From Trueperaceae bacterium (GTDB taxonomy: Bacteria > Deinococcota > Deinococci > Deinococcales > Trueperaceae): a stretch of DNA of 64,000 bases. Positions 1 through 9,906 of the stretch are shown here, in pieces (positions within the stretch are counted from its first letter, which is position 1; every line of letters starts with the position of its first letter). The stretch is from NCBI GenBank assembly GCA_965213925.1, contig OZ243927.1:2432001-2496000 (forward strand), in the 5' to 3' direction. The position numbers were made by a program, and so were the translations under genes. Below the pieces are notes generated by a model. The model made no database searches, was not told the DNA's origin, and was given only the letters and a program-made list of their open reading frames with translations.

Positions 1-676
1 CTCGCGCTTTGTAGAACTGACCTCAGAGGTTTTGCTGCCGCTTTGCGCCTATCTGCGAGCGAGTATAGGTGAAGTAACAGGTATCAGCTTTGTAGATAGC
101 ACGCATGTGGCAGTGCGCCACAACAAACGTATTGAACGCAACAAGGTCTTTGCAGGCTTAGCAGCGCGTGGCTGTACCGGCATGGGTTGGTTCTATGGTT
201 TCGAGCTGCATCTCATCATCAACGATAAGGGTGAACTGCTCGCCGTCTATCTAACGCCTGGCGATACGGATGATCGCAAGCCGCTCGGTGTACTTACGCA
301 AAACCTGTTCGGTAAGCTTTTCGGTGACAAGGGTTATCTCTCACAAGACCTCTTCGAAAAGTTCTTTGAGCAAGGCATAGAACTCATCACGACCATCCGC
401 AAGAACATGAAAAGCGCGCTGAAGCTTGAGGACAAGATTCTCCTGCGCAAGCGGTTCATCACCGTTCGTCCAGCTTGACTGGATCGAAACGGTGAACGAT
501 CAGCTCAAGAATATCTCGCAGATTGAGCACACCAGACACCGAAAGCCTGCTAACTTTGCTGTCAATCTCATCGCTGGACTCATCGCCTATCAGCACCAGC
601 CCAAGAAGCCTTCGCTGAATCTGGGAGCTGACATTGACCCTCTCCCTGTCCTGATTTGACTTCGAACTTAGGTTGA
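1..676 (+). mobile_element. IS982-family insertion sequence, 5' end outside the window, transposase frameshifted
   Basis: ORFs 32..478 and 426..659 together give IS982 DDE motifs ([47 protein letters not shown]). A 22-bp insert at 461-482 breaks RFI/IET. End-like ttcgaacttaggtt at about 661-675. Confidence 0.85.
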
Positions 677-882
677 GTATGTTTATTTCGCTCAAGACGA
701 AGAGAGGGACCCCTCAACCAACATTGTTAATCCGGGGATTGGGGGCAATGTCTATGAGCTTCTAGGGTTTGAGAATCAAGAGGTGAAAAACCGCTATACT
801 CCCCGCCTCATTAACGAGCGTCAACTACGCTTGTAGTTCATCTCATTGCTCCCAAGCTAAAGTATGCTGTTTTCGCGTTTCT

Positions 883-1851
883 CTACCTCAACGTTTCCCA
901 ATCCTCGACCCCCACAGGCTCGAGCGGGTCCTCATATCGAATCACGGAGCCTCGCATAGACGACTTCCAATCCTCCAACAACCTTAGCAGCGCCACATCC
1001 TTCTGCTTCGCCTCGAGCATCACATCATAAGGTTCATCGCCGCCAATTTGTTCTAGCGTGTCGGTCACTTGCAAAAAGTCGCCTAGCTCAATAAAGTCGG
1101 CGTGCGCCGTGGTGAAGTCTCTGGGTGAGGAGAGATGAAACTTGGGAATGCGCCCGTTCCATGTGTTCACGACGCGCTCCACAAGTTCAACAAGCCCTTC
1201 GTCCCACGTTTCATGCACAGGGTTGAGCTTGTGGTGAAAGAAGTCGAAGATGACGGGGAGTCCGACGCTTTCGCAGACGCTCAAGATATCTTCAGTGTGG
1301 AAGGTGCGGTCGTCGTTCTCTAGGGTCAGCTTACCTCTAGCAAGTGGTGAAAGGAGATTGATGTTTTCTTTCAACCTCTCGAGCGCTGTAACTTTGTCAC
1401 CATATGCACCTCCGGCGTGCAGCGTCATGGTGCCGCTTTCGGGGTCTACGGCTTCTAAAAAGGCGGCGTGGTACTCGAGTTCCCTCACCGACGCCCTCAC
1501 GACTGTCTCTTTAGGCGAGTTGAGCACGGTGTACTGTCCGGGGTGCATGGAGAGGCGCATGTGGTGCTGGCGTGTGAAGTCGCGGATGTGGGCGAGTTCT
1601 TTTTCGAAGCGTTCGCGCCAGTCGAATGGAAAGGCTTCGTGCGAGGCGAGCGGAATGATAGAGGAGCCGATGCGCAAGAAGTGGATGCCTTGCGAGAGGT
1701 TCCACTCGAGCATCTTGGTGAGCGTCGTCAAGTTCTCGCGGGCGACAGCTTCAGCCTTTTCGTCCGTGAGGTTAGCGAGCCGCACAGTTTTACCTGTTGT
1801 GTATTTCAGTGTGACATTGGTGCAGGGATAGCCTAAGTAGCGCAGTTTCAT
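883..1851 (-). CDS. uvsE: UV DNA damage endonuclease UvsE/UvdE
   Basis: LGYPC, RLSMHPGQYTVLNSP, LENDD, FDFFHH, PKFHLSS, HAD and MLEAKQKD motifs. Confidence 0.93.
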   Translation of the reverse strand: MKLRYLGYPCTNVTLKYTTGKTVRLANLTDEKAEAVARENLTTLTKMLEWNLSQGIHFLRIGSSIIPLASHEAFPFDWRERFEKELAHIRDFTRQHHMRLSMHPGQYTVLNSPKETVVRASVRELEYHAAFLEAVDPESGTMTLHAGGAYGDKVTALERLKENINLLSPLARGKLTLENDDRTFHTEDILSVCESVGLPVIFDFFHHKLNPVHETWDEGLVELVERVVNTWNGRIPKFHLSSPRDFTTAHADFIELGDFLQVTDTLEQIGGDEPYDVMLEAKQKDVALLRLLEDWKSSMRGSVIRYEDPLEPVGVEDWETLR

Positions 1852-1977
1852 CCCCTTACTTTAAGAGAAACAGGGAGAGCGCACCGTGAAGTGCACCGAG
1901 GCGACTGCTTTGGCGAATTAAGTCTACTATTTTGCCAAGTCACCACGACGTTTAGAAATGGTTCGTAAAAACTAGCG

Positions 1978-2007
1978 TTGACAAGCCTCGGAAAACTCGG
2001 GTATTAT
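1978..2007 (+). promoter_or_regulatory. sigma70-type promoter of the tRNA operon
   Basis: TTGACA (1978-1983), 18-bp spacer, TATTAT (2002-2007), 30 bp upstream of tRNA-Asp. Confidence 0.7.
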
Positions 2008-2037
2008 GCACTTCGCTCACTCGGGTGAGCGCGACGT

Positions 2038-2113
2038 GGAGCCGTAGTGTAGCGGTTAGCATATCTGCCTGTCACGCAGAAGGTCGCGGGTTCAAATCCC
2101 GTCGGCTCCGCCA
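2038..2113 (+). tRNA. tRNA-Asp(GTC)
   Basis: GGAGCCG/CGGCTCC acceptor stem, anticodon GTC, GTTCAAATC T-loop, encoded CCA. Confidence 0.97.
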
Positions 2114-2270
2114 ACAGGGAGGCATCACCTTCAAATAGAAAGTGATACCTTCATCTGAAAGAGCCTTAAATAGCAAGTAGCGCTCAGTTACCAATGAAAG
2201 CGACGGAGTCTACTTCGAAAGGTTTTTAGATTTCACAAGGTATTGTTCATTGCTGGATGATACCCACCTT

Positions 2271-2346
2271 GGCCAGATAGCTCAGTTGGTAGAGCATACG
2301 ACTGAAAATCGTAGTGTCGGCGGTTCAATCCCGCCTCTGGCCACCA
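2271..2346 (+). tRNA. tRNA-Phe(GAA)
   Basis: GGCCAGA/TCTGGCC acceptor stem, tacga-ctGAAaa-tcgta anticodon arm, encoded CCA. Confidence 0.97.
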
Positions 2347-2405
2347 ACGCAACTAAGAGGTGTCATCTATCCTTACAATCCGTTTTGACAGATGATGCCT
2401 CGCTT

Positions 2406-2477
2406 GCCGATGTAGCTCAGCGGTAGAGCAGCCGATTCGTAATCGGCAGGTCGTCGGTTCAATTCCGACCATCGGCT
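2406..2477 (+). tRNA. tRNA-Thr(CGT), CCA not encoded
   Basis: GCCGATG/CATCGGC acceptor stem, gccga-ttCGTaa-tcggc anticodon arm, followed by TCT rather than CCA. Confidence 0.95.
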
Positions 2478-2484
2478 TCTGACA

Positions 2485-2528
2485 GGGACGACATTCTTAG
2501 AGTAAAAAGGTGTCGTCCTTCTCTTTTT
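2485..2528 (+). terminator. probable intrinsic terminator of the tRNA operon
   Basis: gggacgaca...tgtcgtcct stem followed by tctcttttt. Confidence 0.55.
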
Positions 2529-2643
2529 GACCCCCAACTTGACCCCCGCGCTCTATGAACATTGAGAGCGACCTCTTTTATGTCCTGCTAACTGAAGCAC
2601 CTACAACTGACGCCACTCCTCTAAGCAAACGCTATAGTCGGGT

Positions 2644-3420
2644 ATGTCTACGCTGCTAACCGACGATCAGAACGCCGTTCGCGTTCTCACCCTCGACCGC
2701 CCCGACGTGCGCAACGCACTGAATAGCGACCTTATCCGCGCGTTACTAGAAGCGTTAGATGAAGCCGAGAGCGCGCAAGAGGTCCGTGCGATTGTTCTAA
2801 CCGGCAGCGGCAAAGCCTTCTGCGCCGGGCTCGACCTTGCTGACTTAAAGGCGATCAGCACGCGCTCCACGGAGGAGAACCGCCGCGACTCGGCACATTT
2901 AGCAACCCTACTCAAACGCATCTACACCTTTCCAAAACCTATCGTTGCGGCACTTAACGGTCACGCCGTCGCAGGCGGCGCGGGGCTCGCCTCGGTCTGC
3001 GATTTGGTGGTGATGAGTGAGGCGGCGAAGCTCGGGTATACAGAGGCGCGAATCGGATTCGTGGCGGCTTTAGTCGGGGTGTTTTTGGTACGGCAGGTGG
3101 GTGAGAAAGCGGCGAGGGACCTTCTTCTCTCTGCCCGCTTGGTAAGAGCCGAAGAAGCAGAAGAGATGGGGCTCGTCAACGAAATTTGCGCCGAAGAAGA
3201 GGTCATGACGCGGGCGCTAGCGCGGGCGGACGAACTCGCCCAGAACGCGCCGACCTCTTTGGCGATGACTAAGCAACTCCTTGCCGCCGTACCGAGCATG
3301 GGACTAGATGAGGGGCTTCGTTACGCGGTAGAGGTGAACGCTCTAGCCCGTACGACGGACGATTTGAAAGAGGGCGTCTCGGCGTTTTTAGAGAAGCGTG
3401 AGCCGCGTTGGAAGGCGTAA
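2644..3420 (+). CDS. enoyl-CoA hydratase/isomerase (methylglutaconyl-CoA hydratase-like)
   Basis: crotonase motifs LDRPDVRNAL, FCAGLDL, NGHAVAGGAGL, EARIG, EGVSAFLEKR. Confidence 0.9.
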   Translation: MSTLLTDDQNAVRVLTLDRPDVRNALNSDLIRALLEALDEAESAQEVRAIVLTGSGKAFCAGLDLADLKAISTRSTEENRRDSAHLATLLKRIYTFPKPIVAALNGHAVAGGAGLASVCDLVVMSEAAKLGYTEARIGFVAALVGVFLVRQVGEKAARDLLLSARLVRAEEAEEMGLVNEICAEEEVMTRALARADELAQNAPTSLAMTKQLLAAVPSMGLDEGLRYAVEVNALARTTDDLKEGVSAFLEKREPRWKA

Positions 3421-3466
3421 GCAGCTCGGTTTCGGGCTGCACTAAGCGAACCTGCATTCATCGGCT

Positions 3467-3582
3467 GGTAGTGGCTCTATCTGGCATGACGCCAGTGTCA
3501 AAGCAAGGGGGTTCAATCCCTTGTTCATCGCATGGAGACGGCAGAAGGAGCGCGCGGCGGCATTCGACTTGGAACCACTACC
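3467..3582. mobile_element. 116-bp MITE, copy 1 (IS1-like ends)
   Basis: TIRs GGTAGTGG/CCACTACC, 8-bp direct repeat CATCGGCT at 3459-3466 and 3583-3590, aligns in inverted orientation with 47572-47684. Confidence 0.85.
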
Positions 3583-3709
3583 CATCGGCTAATGAGGGAA
3601 GAGGTCAAATCTCTACATCCATTCAGAATGACGCAGTCCTTTTACGAAAAACACCTGCACAACTAGCTGTGCAGGCGTTTGAATTCAGAATTGAATAGCG
3701 ACGTCGAAC

Positions 3710-5914
3710 TTAGACCATCGGCACGGGCTTCGCAAAGATGATCTCGTCGTCTTCAACTGTCACGATGATGCCCTCTTGCGTGCCGTGCGACAAAATCTCC
3801 AAGGACAGCGGGTCCTCGATGTATTCGCGCATCACAGCGCGTAGCGGACGGGCGCTTTCACCTTTGGGCAGCTTCGAGACGAGGAACGAAGCGACTTCTG
3901 CGCCGAACGTGACCTGAATATCGCGTCCCCCCAAGTCCTCGCGAATCTCGTCGAGCATCTGGTTGGTGATGTGAAGGACACCTTGCTCGTCGAAGGTCTC
4001 GAAGGAGATGACCTCGTCTAAGCGGTCTAAGAATTCGGGGCTGAAGATGCGTTTGAGAGGTCCTTGCACGTCTCTCGAGACCTCTTGAAAGCCTATTGAC
4101 TGTCCGACGTTAAAGCCCGTGTTTGAGGTCATGATGAGAATCACGCGGCGGAAGTCTACCGTACGACCCAAGCCGTCCGTCAAGCGTCCGTCATCTAAGA
4201 CCTGTAAGAAGGTGTTGTAGATGTCGGGGTGCGCCTTTTCAATCTCGTCTAGGAGCACGACCGAGAACGGTTGACGCCGCACGGCTTCGGTCAAGCGTCC
4301 GCCCTGCTCGTGACCGACGTAGCCTGGCGGTGCGCCGATGAGCTTCGAGGTCGAGTGCGCCTCTTGGTACTCGGACATGTCTAAACGGACTAGAGCACGC
4401 TCGCTACCGAAGAGTTGCAGGGCGAGCTGCTTGGCTAAAAAGGTCTTACCGACGCCTGAAGGTCCGACGAACAAGAACGACGCCGAGACGCGGGTGCGTC
4501 CGCCTAAGCCGACGCGGGCGCGGCGCAGGGCTGCGCCTAACGCGGCGATGGCTCTATCTTGCCCGACGACGTGAGTTTTCAGTTCCGTTTCGATGTTGGC
4601 GAGCTTCTCGTCGTCCTGCTCGTCGACGTAGATGCCGCCCCACGAGTTCACGACCGCTTCCACGTCGTCGCGGCTCACGATAGGCGTGCCGTCCTCTTCC
4701 TCTAAAATCGGGAAGCCCAACGACTTATTCAGGCGCGTTCGCGCCGCCGCCTCGTCGATGAGGTCGATGGCTTTGTCGGGGAAGTTGCGCCCCGGCAAGC
4801 TGCGCTCGCCGTAGCGCACCGAAATCTCTAAAATCTGCTCGGGGATAACGACGCCGTGGTGCGCTTCGTAACGTTCGCGGAGCCCGTGCATGATCTCCAA
4901 AGTCTCTTCGGGGGAGGGCTCTAAGACGATCACAGGCTGGAAGCGGCGCTCTAACGCGGCGTCCTTTTCGATGTAGCGGTGATACTCGCCCGTGGTGGTC
5001 GCGCCGATAACTTGCACTTCGCCTCTCGAGAGAGGCGGCTTCAAGATGTTCGCCGCGTCCAGCGTACCTTCTGCGCCACCCGCACCCACTAAGGTGTGAA
5101 GCTCGTCGATAAAGGCAACCACGCGAGCACTGCGCAGCTCTTCGATAATCTGGCGCAACCGCTCCTCGAACTCGCCCCGGTATTTCGTTCCGGCGACGAC
5201 GTTCGAAAGGTCGATGGATAAGACGCGCATGTTGCGCAAGTTGGGCGGTACGCGGCCTTCGATGACGGACTGCGCCAATCCCTCGACGATGGCGGTTTTG
5301 CCGACGCCCGGTTCACCGATCAGCACCGGGTTGTTTTTATTGCGGCGGCTCAGAATCTGGATGACGCGGCGAATCTCTTCGGTGCGTCCGATGACGGGGT
5401 CGAGCTTGCTCTCGCGCGCCTCTTTGGTGAGGTCGCGGGCGTATTCGTCCAAAAAGGGCGTGTTGACGGTTTCGGCTTGCCCTTTGGGGTCGGCGGCGGC
5501 GAGGATACGCCAGCGCACCGTGTCCACGTCTCGAGTGAGCTGCTGCAAGATACGGTACGCCACACCGTCGCCCTCGCGGATGATACCTAAGAGGATGTGC
5601 TCGGTGGCGATCACGTTCGAGCCTAGCGAGCGAGCTTCGGAGCCGGCGAGTTCCATCACGCGGCGCGCACGGGGGGTGATCGCGGCAGTTTCGTTGCGCG
5701 GCAAGCCGTCGCCGCGTCCGACCATCTCTTCGACTTGGCGGCGCAAACCTTCTAGCGTCGCGCCGAATTCACCTAAGACGCGGCTCGCCGTGCCGCCTTC
5801 ACGCATGAGCCCTAAGAGCAGATGCTCAGGACCAATCATGGCGTGACCTAATTTGGAGCCTTCTTCTCTAGCGAAGTGGAAGACCAACCTCGCGCGGTCG
5901 TCGTATCGGTTCAA
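3710..5914 (-). CDS. clpC: ATP-dependent Clp protease ATP-binding subunit ClpC (ClpA/C type)
   Basis: two Clp-N repeats (EHLLLGL, EHILLGI), two AAA+ modules (GEPGVGKT, GPSGVGKT), IGAPPGYVG loop; TTG start after AAGGAGAGG. Confidence 0.92.
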   Translation of the reverse strand: MNRYDDRARLVFHFAREEGSKLGHAMIGPEHLLLGLMREGGTASRVLGEFGATLEGLRRQVEEMVGRGDGLPRNETAAITPRARRVMELAGSEARSLGSNVIATEHILLGIIREGDGVAYRILQQLTRDVDTVRWRILAAADPKGQAETVNTPFLDEYARDLTKEARESKLDPVIGRTEEIRRVIQILSRRNKNNPVLIGEPGVGKTAIVEGLAQSVIEGRVPPNLRNMRVLSIDLSNVVAGTKYRGEFEERLRQIIEELRSARVVAFIDELHTLVGAGGAEGTLDAANILKPPLSRGEVQVIGATTTGEYHRYIEKDAALERRFQPVIVLEPSPEETLEIMHGLRERYEAHHGVVIPEQILEISVRYGERSLPGRNFPDKAIDLIDEAAARTRLNKSLGFPILEEEDGTPIVSRDDVEAVVNSWGGIYVDEQDDEKLANIETELKTHVVGQDRAIAALGAALRRARVGLGGRTRVSASFLFVGPSGVGKTFLAKQLALQLFGSERALVRLDMSEYQEAHSTSKLIGAPPGYVGHEQGGRLTEAVRRQPFSVVLLDEIEKAHPDIYNTFLQVLDDGRLTDGLGRTVDFRRVILIMTSNTGFNVGQSIGFQEVSRDVQGPLKRIFSPEFLDRLDEVISFETFDEQGVLHITNQMLDEIREDLGGRDIQVTFGAEVASFLVSKLPKGESARPLRAVMREYIEDPLSLEILSHGTQEGIIVTVEDDEIIFAKPVPMV

Positions 5915-5925
5915 GTCCCTCTCCT

Positions 5926-6000
5926 TTACGCAGCCTCGGCGGACGCGCTTGCGCAGACCGGCGGGCAGAAAGAATATGGCGGGAGTGTAGAAGTCTTCAT
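5926..6000 (-). CDS. putative leaderless 24-aa leader peptide MKTSTLPPYSFCPPVCASASAEAA
   Basis: TAGTAT 6 nt before ATG, the same geometry as other leaderless genes here; its TAA runs into the clpC SD sequence. Confidence 0.5.
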   Translation of the reverse strand: MKTSTLPPYSFCPPVCASASAEAA

Positions 6001-6247
6001 AGTGTTATACTACGCGCTCAGCGGGCGACCTGAAAGGTCTTTCGTTACTTTCGGCGCGCCAAAGGTCCCTCACGCTTCGGTTACTTTTTTCACATCTGCT
6101 ACTAACTTGATGCTGACTGAGGTGGACATGACTGAATTTGAGGAACATATATTTAAGAGCAGCGTGAAGCTGAACGTGATAAAGGTTGCTATAGACTACA
6201 CGGATGACGTCTTCATAGACGCTATGTGCGGAAGGTAAGGAGTATCG

Positions 6248-7113
<866 letters not shown>

Positions 7114-7114
<1 letters not shown>

Positions 7115-9246
7115 TGGCGAGCCTGCTCTTTGAGATCGGCACGGAAGAGCTGCCGAGTTGGTACGTGCCGCGAGCTGAGGCGAGCCTCGGCAGGTTGATG
7201 CGGGAGCGGCTCACGCAAGCAGGTTTAGACTTCGGTGAGGTCCGCACCTACGCGACGCCACGCCGCGTCGCCGCGCTCGTGCAAGAGGTTGCCGATAAGA
7301 GCGAGGTGCGCACCGAGCTGCGGCGCGGACCCGCCGCCGAGGTCGCCTTCAACGACGAGGGGAACCCGAGTCGCGCGGCGCAAGGCTTCGCTAAGTCCAA
7401 CAGCATCGATCCGTCCGAACTCGTCACGAAAGAGACGGACAAGGGGCGTTACGTCTTCGCGGAGCGGCAACTCGGTGGCGAGGACGCGGCGGCGCTACTG
7501 CCGCCTCTTTTGGAGGGCATCGTCAAAGACTTTCCTGCGCCGCGCAAGATGCACTGGAGCGATGTGGAGACGCCCTTTTTACGCCCGATTGCGTGGCTCG
7601 TGGCGCTTTTAGATGAACAGGTTTTAGAGGTGTCTGTGGCAGGATTGCGGGCGGGGCGGGTCTCGAGGGGGCACCGCTTCCTAGCCTCCGGCGACGTTCA
7701 GCTCACTCACGCCGAAGATTACCTGGAAACGCTGCGCGACGCCTTCGTGATTGCGGATGTGGCGGCGCGGCAGAAAAAGACGTTGGAGGTGGCGCAAGAG
7801 GTCGCCGCACAGGACGACCTCACCCTTATCTACAATGACGACCTCTTAGAAGAGGTCAGCCATTTAGTCGAATACCCGACGCCGATTCTAGGCGCTTTCG
7901 ACGAGCGCTACTTAGAACTCCCCGAAGAGGTCCTGACGACCACCATGACGCACCACCAGAGCTTCTTCCCGACGCGGCGGGGCAACGGCTCGCTCGCCCC
8001 CGTGTTCGTCGGCGTGTCGAACAACCGCGTGCCGGACGCAGGCGTCGTGCGTAAAGGCTATGAGCACGTTTTAGATGGACGCCTGGGTGACGCTCGCTTC
8101 TTCTGGGACGCGGACCGAGAGAAGTCGCTGTCGCAGCATGCTTGGGGGCTTTCGGGTATCGGCATCCACCGGCAACTCGGCACGGTGGCGGACAAGGTGG
8201 CGCGGGTCGGCGTGAGCACGGGTGTGTTGGCGGAGCGCCTCCAATTCTCCGAGCGCGAGCGCGAGGTGTTGGACAAAGCCGTGCCCGTTTTCCGCGCCGA
8301 CTTAGCGACGCAGATGGTCGCGGAGCTGCCCGAATTGGAAGGGGTCATGGCGCGGGCGTACGCCACCGCCGACGGGTACAATTTGGAAGTTGCCACCGCC
8401 CTAGAGGACGGCGCACGCCCCGTCACCGCAGGCGGTCCGCTGCCCGAGTCGAACGTCGGCGCACTTTTAGCGGCGGCGGACCGCATGGACAAGCTCGTCG
8501 GTTTTTTCGAGGTCGAGCGGCGTCCTTCGGGTTCCGCCGACCCCTTCGGGCTGCGACGCGACGCGATTGCCGCCGCTCGTATCCTCAACGCACAAGGGTG
8601 GTTAGAGCCGCCGAACAGCTTCACCGAGGCGGCGGCGCAGGGGTACGACCCCAACCGAGACATCGGCGACGAGGTGCAAGCCGAAGTCATCGACTTTCTA
8701 TGGGACCGCGTCGCCGGGCTCCTAGCCGATGAGGGCATCCGCACGCAGTTCATCCGCGCCGCCGCCGCCGACAATCCGCCCGTGATTACCGCCTCGAGGC
8801 GCTGCCACCTGCTCCGCACGCTGAGCCGCGAGGAGGAGTTCGAGACGCTCCTCACGCTCTACAAACGCGCCGCGAACCTAGCGAGAGAACTCGACGAGAC
8901 CACCGACATCAACACGTCCCGCTTTGAAAGCGAGTACGAAGGACCGCTCTACGACGCGCTAATACCCGCCAGGGACGCCGTAAGTGAACTCATGGAGACA
9001 GTCGAAGAGGTCTTGACGCCCTGGGATTTGGGGCGCGGACCCGAACGGGAGCTGCCCGACTTGGACGACAAGGTCGCCCAGATCATCGCCCTTAAAACGC
9101 CCTTAGATGAATTTTTAGATAACGTCTACGTCAACGTAGACGACGTTCAATTACGCCGCAACCGCTTGACCTTGCTGAGCGAGGTGCGCGACGCCCTGAG
9201 ACCGTTGGGGCGGCTCGAGGCACTCGAAGGCATGGCAACGAGTTAA
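7114..9246 (+). CDS. glyS: glycine--tRNA ligase beta subunit
   Basis: LLFEIGTEELP, ATPRR, DARFFWDAD, PSGSADPFGLRR, RRNRLTLL; overlaps the glyQ stop. Confidence 0.96.
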
Positions 9247-9261
9247 ATGAATCTCTCTGGT

Positions 9262-9296
9262 GGTCACGGGAGGGTTAGAAACCCTCCCCTACGACC
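9262..9296 (-). repeat. GTAG-type REP-like hairpin overlapping the NUDIX gene stop codon
   Basis: gggagggtt-ag-aaaccctccc followed by ctac. Confidence 0.55.
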
Positions 9297-9876
9297 CTTT
9301 TGTTCTGCTCAGGAATCTGAAGGCGGCTTGTGACCACAGCTCGAGCCGCTCCTCCACCTCTTCGACCTCTTGCCATTTCACAAAGCCGCCCGCCAACTTG
9401 TGCGTCTCTCGCACAGCAACTTCTCCCTCGTTAGGGATTCTGGCGCGGTACAAGATACCTGTGTGAACGCGCTCAACGACGGTCTCAGCGCGGTGAATGA
9501 GTCCAACTGCTTCGGCGAAGAAGGCTCCTATATGCAACTCTTCGCGGAGTTCTCGAGCCAGCGCACCCTCGATAGGGTCTCGCGCGTTCGCATGGTCGAT
9601 GGGGTTGATGTGTCCGCCAAGCCCGAGCGACAAGCGGTTGTGCAGCCGCGCTTCGGAGCCCGCTTTGAGGCGTTCGACTAAAAAGATGCGGTTCTCCTGC
9701 AGGAGAACCGCATAGGGGATAATTTGACGGTAGGTCTCGTCCGTTTCTACACTATCCCTCGCTCTAAATTCGCCTTTTTCTGCAATAAGTTCGTAGAGCG
9801 CTTCGTCAAGCGGGAGAACGTCGGGGCTTGGTTCCGGCAGACGGTCAGCAGGTAGGCAAAAGACCTCTTCGGGCAT
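9289..9876 (-). CDS. NUDIX-family phosphoesterase (COG4112-like)
   Basis: RQIIPY, EARLH, SLGLGGHINP, RELREEL. Confidence 0.8.
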   Translation of the reverse strand: MPEEVFCLPADRLPEPSPDVLPLDEALYELIAEKGEFRARDSVETDETYRQIIPYAVLLQENRIFLVERLKAGSEARLHNRLSLGLGGHINPIDHANARDPIEGALARELREELHIGAFFAEAVGLIHRAETVVERVHTGILYRARIPNEGEVAVRETHKLAGGFVKWQEVEEVEERLELWSQAAFRFLSRTKGS

Positions 9877-9906
9877 AGCCGCAACCTAACATGGGCGGTT
9901 GCCGCT

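Noticed and set aside
680..836. Open frame after the IS982 end
   Set aside because: Possibly the 3' end of an interrupted gene, but no identifiable motif.
1852..1977. Radiation/desiccation response motif upstream of uvsE
   Set aside because: No convincing match to the palindromic RDRM consensus was seen.
3710..5914. ClpC without an evident UVR middle domain
   Set aside because: Frame and both AAA+ modules are intact; most likely the normal short form for this lineage.
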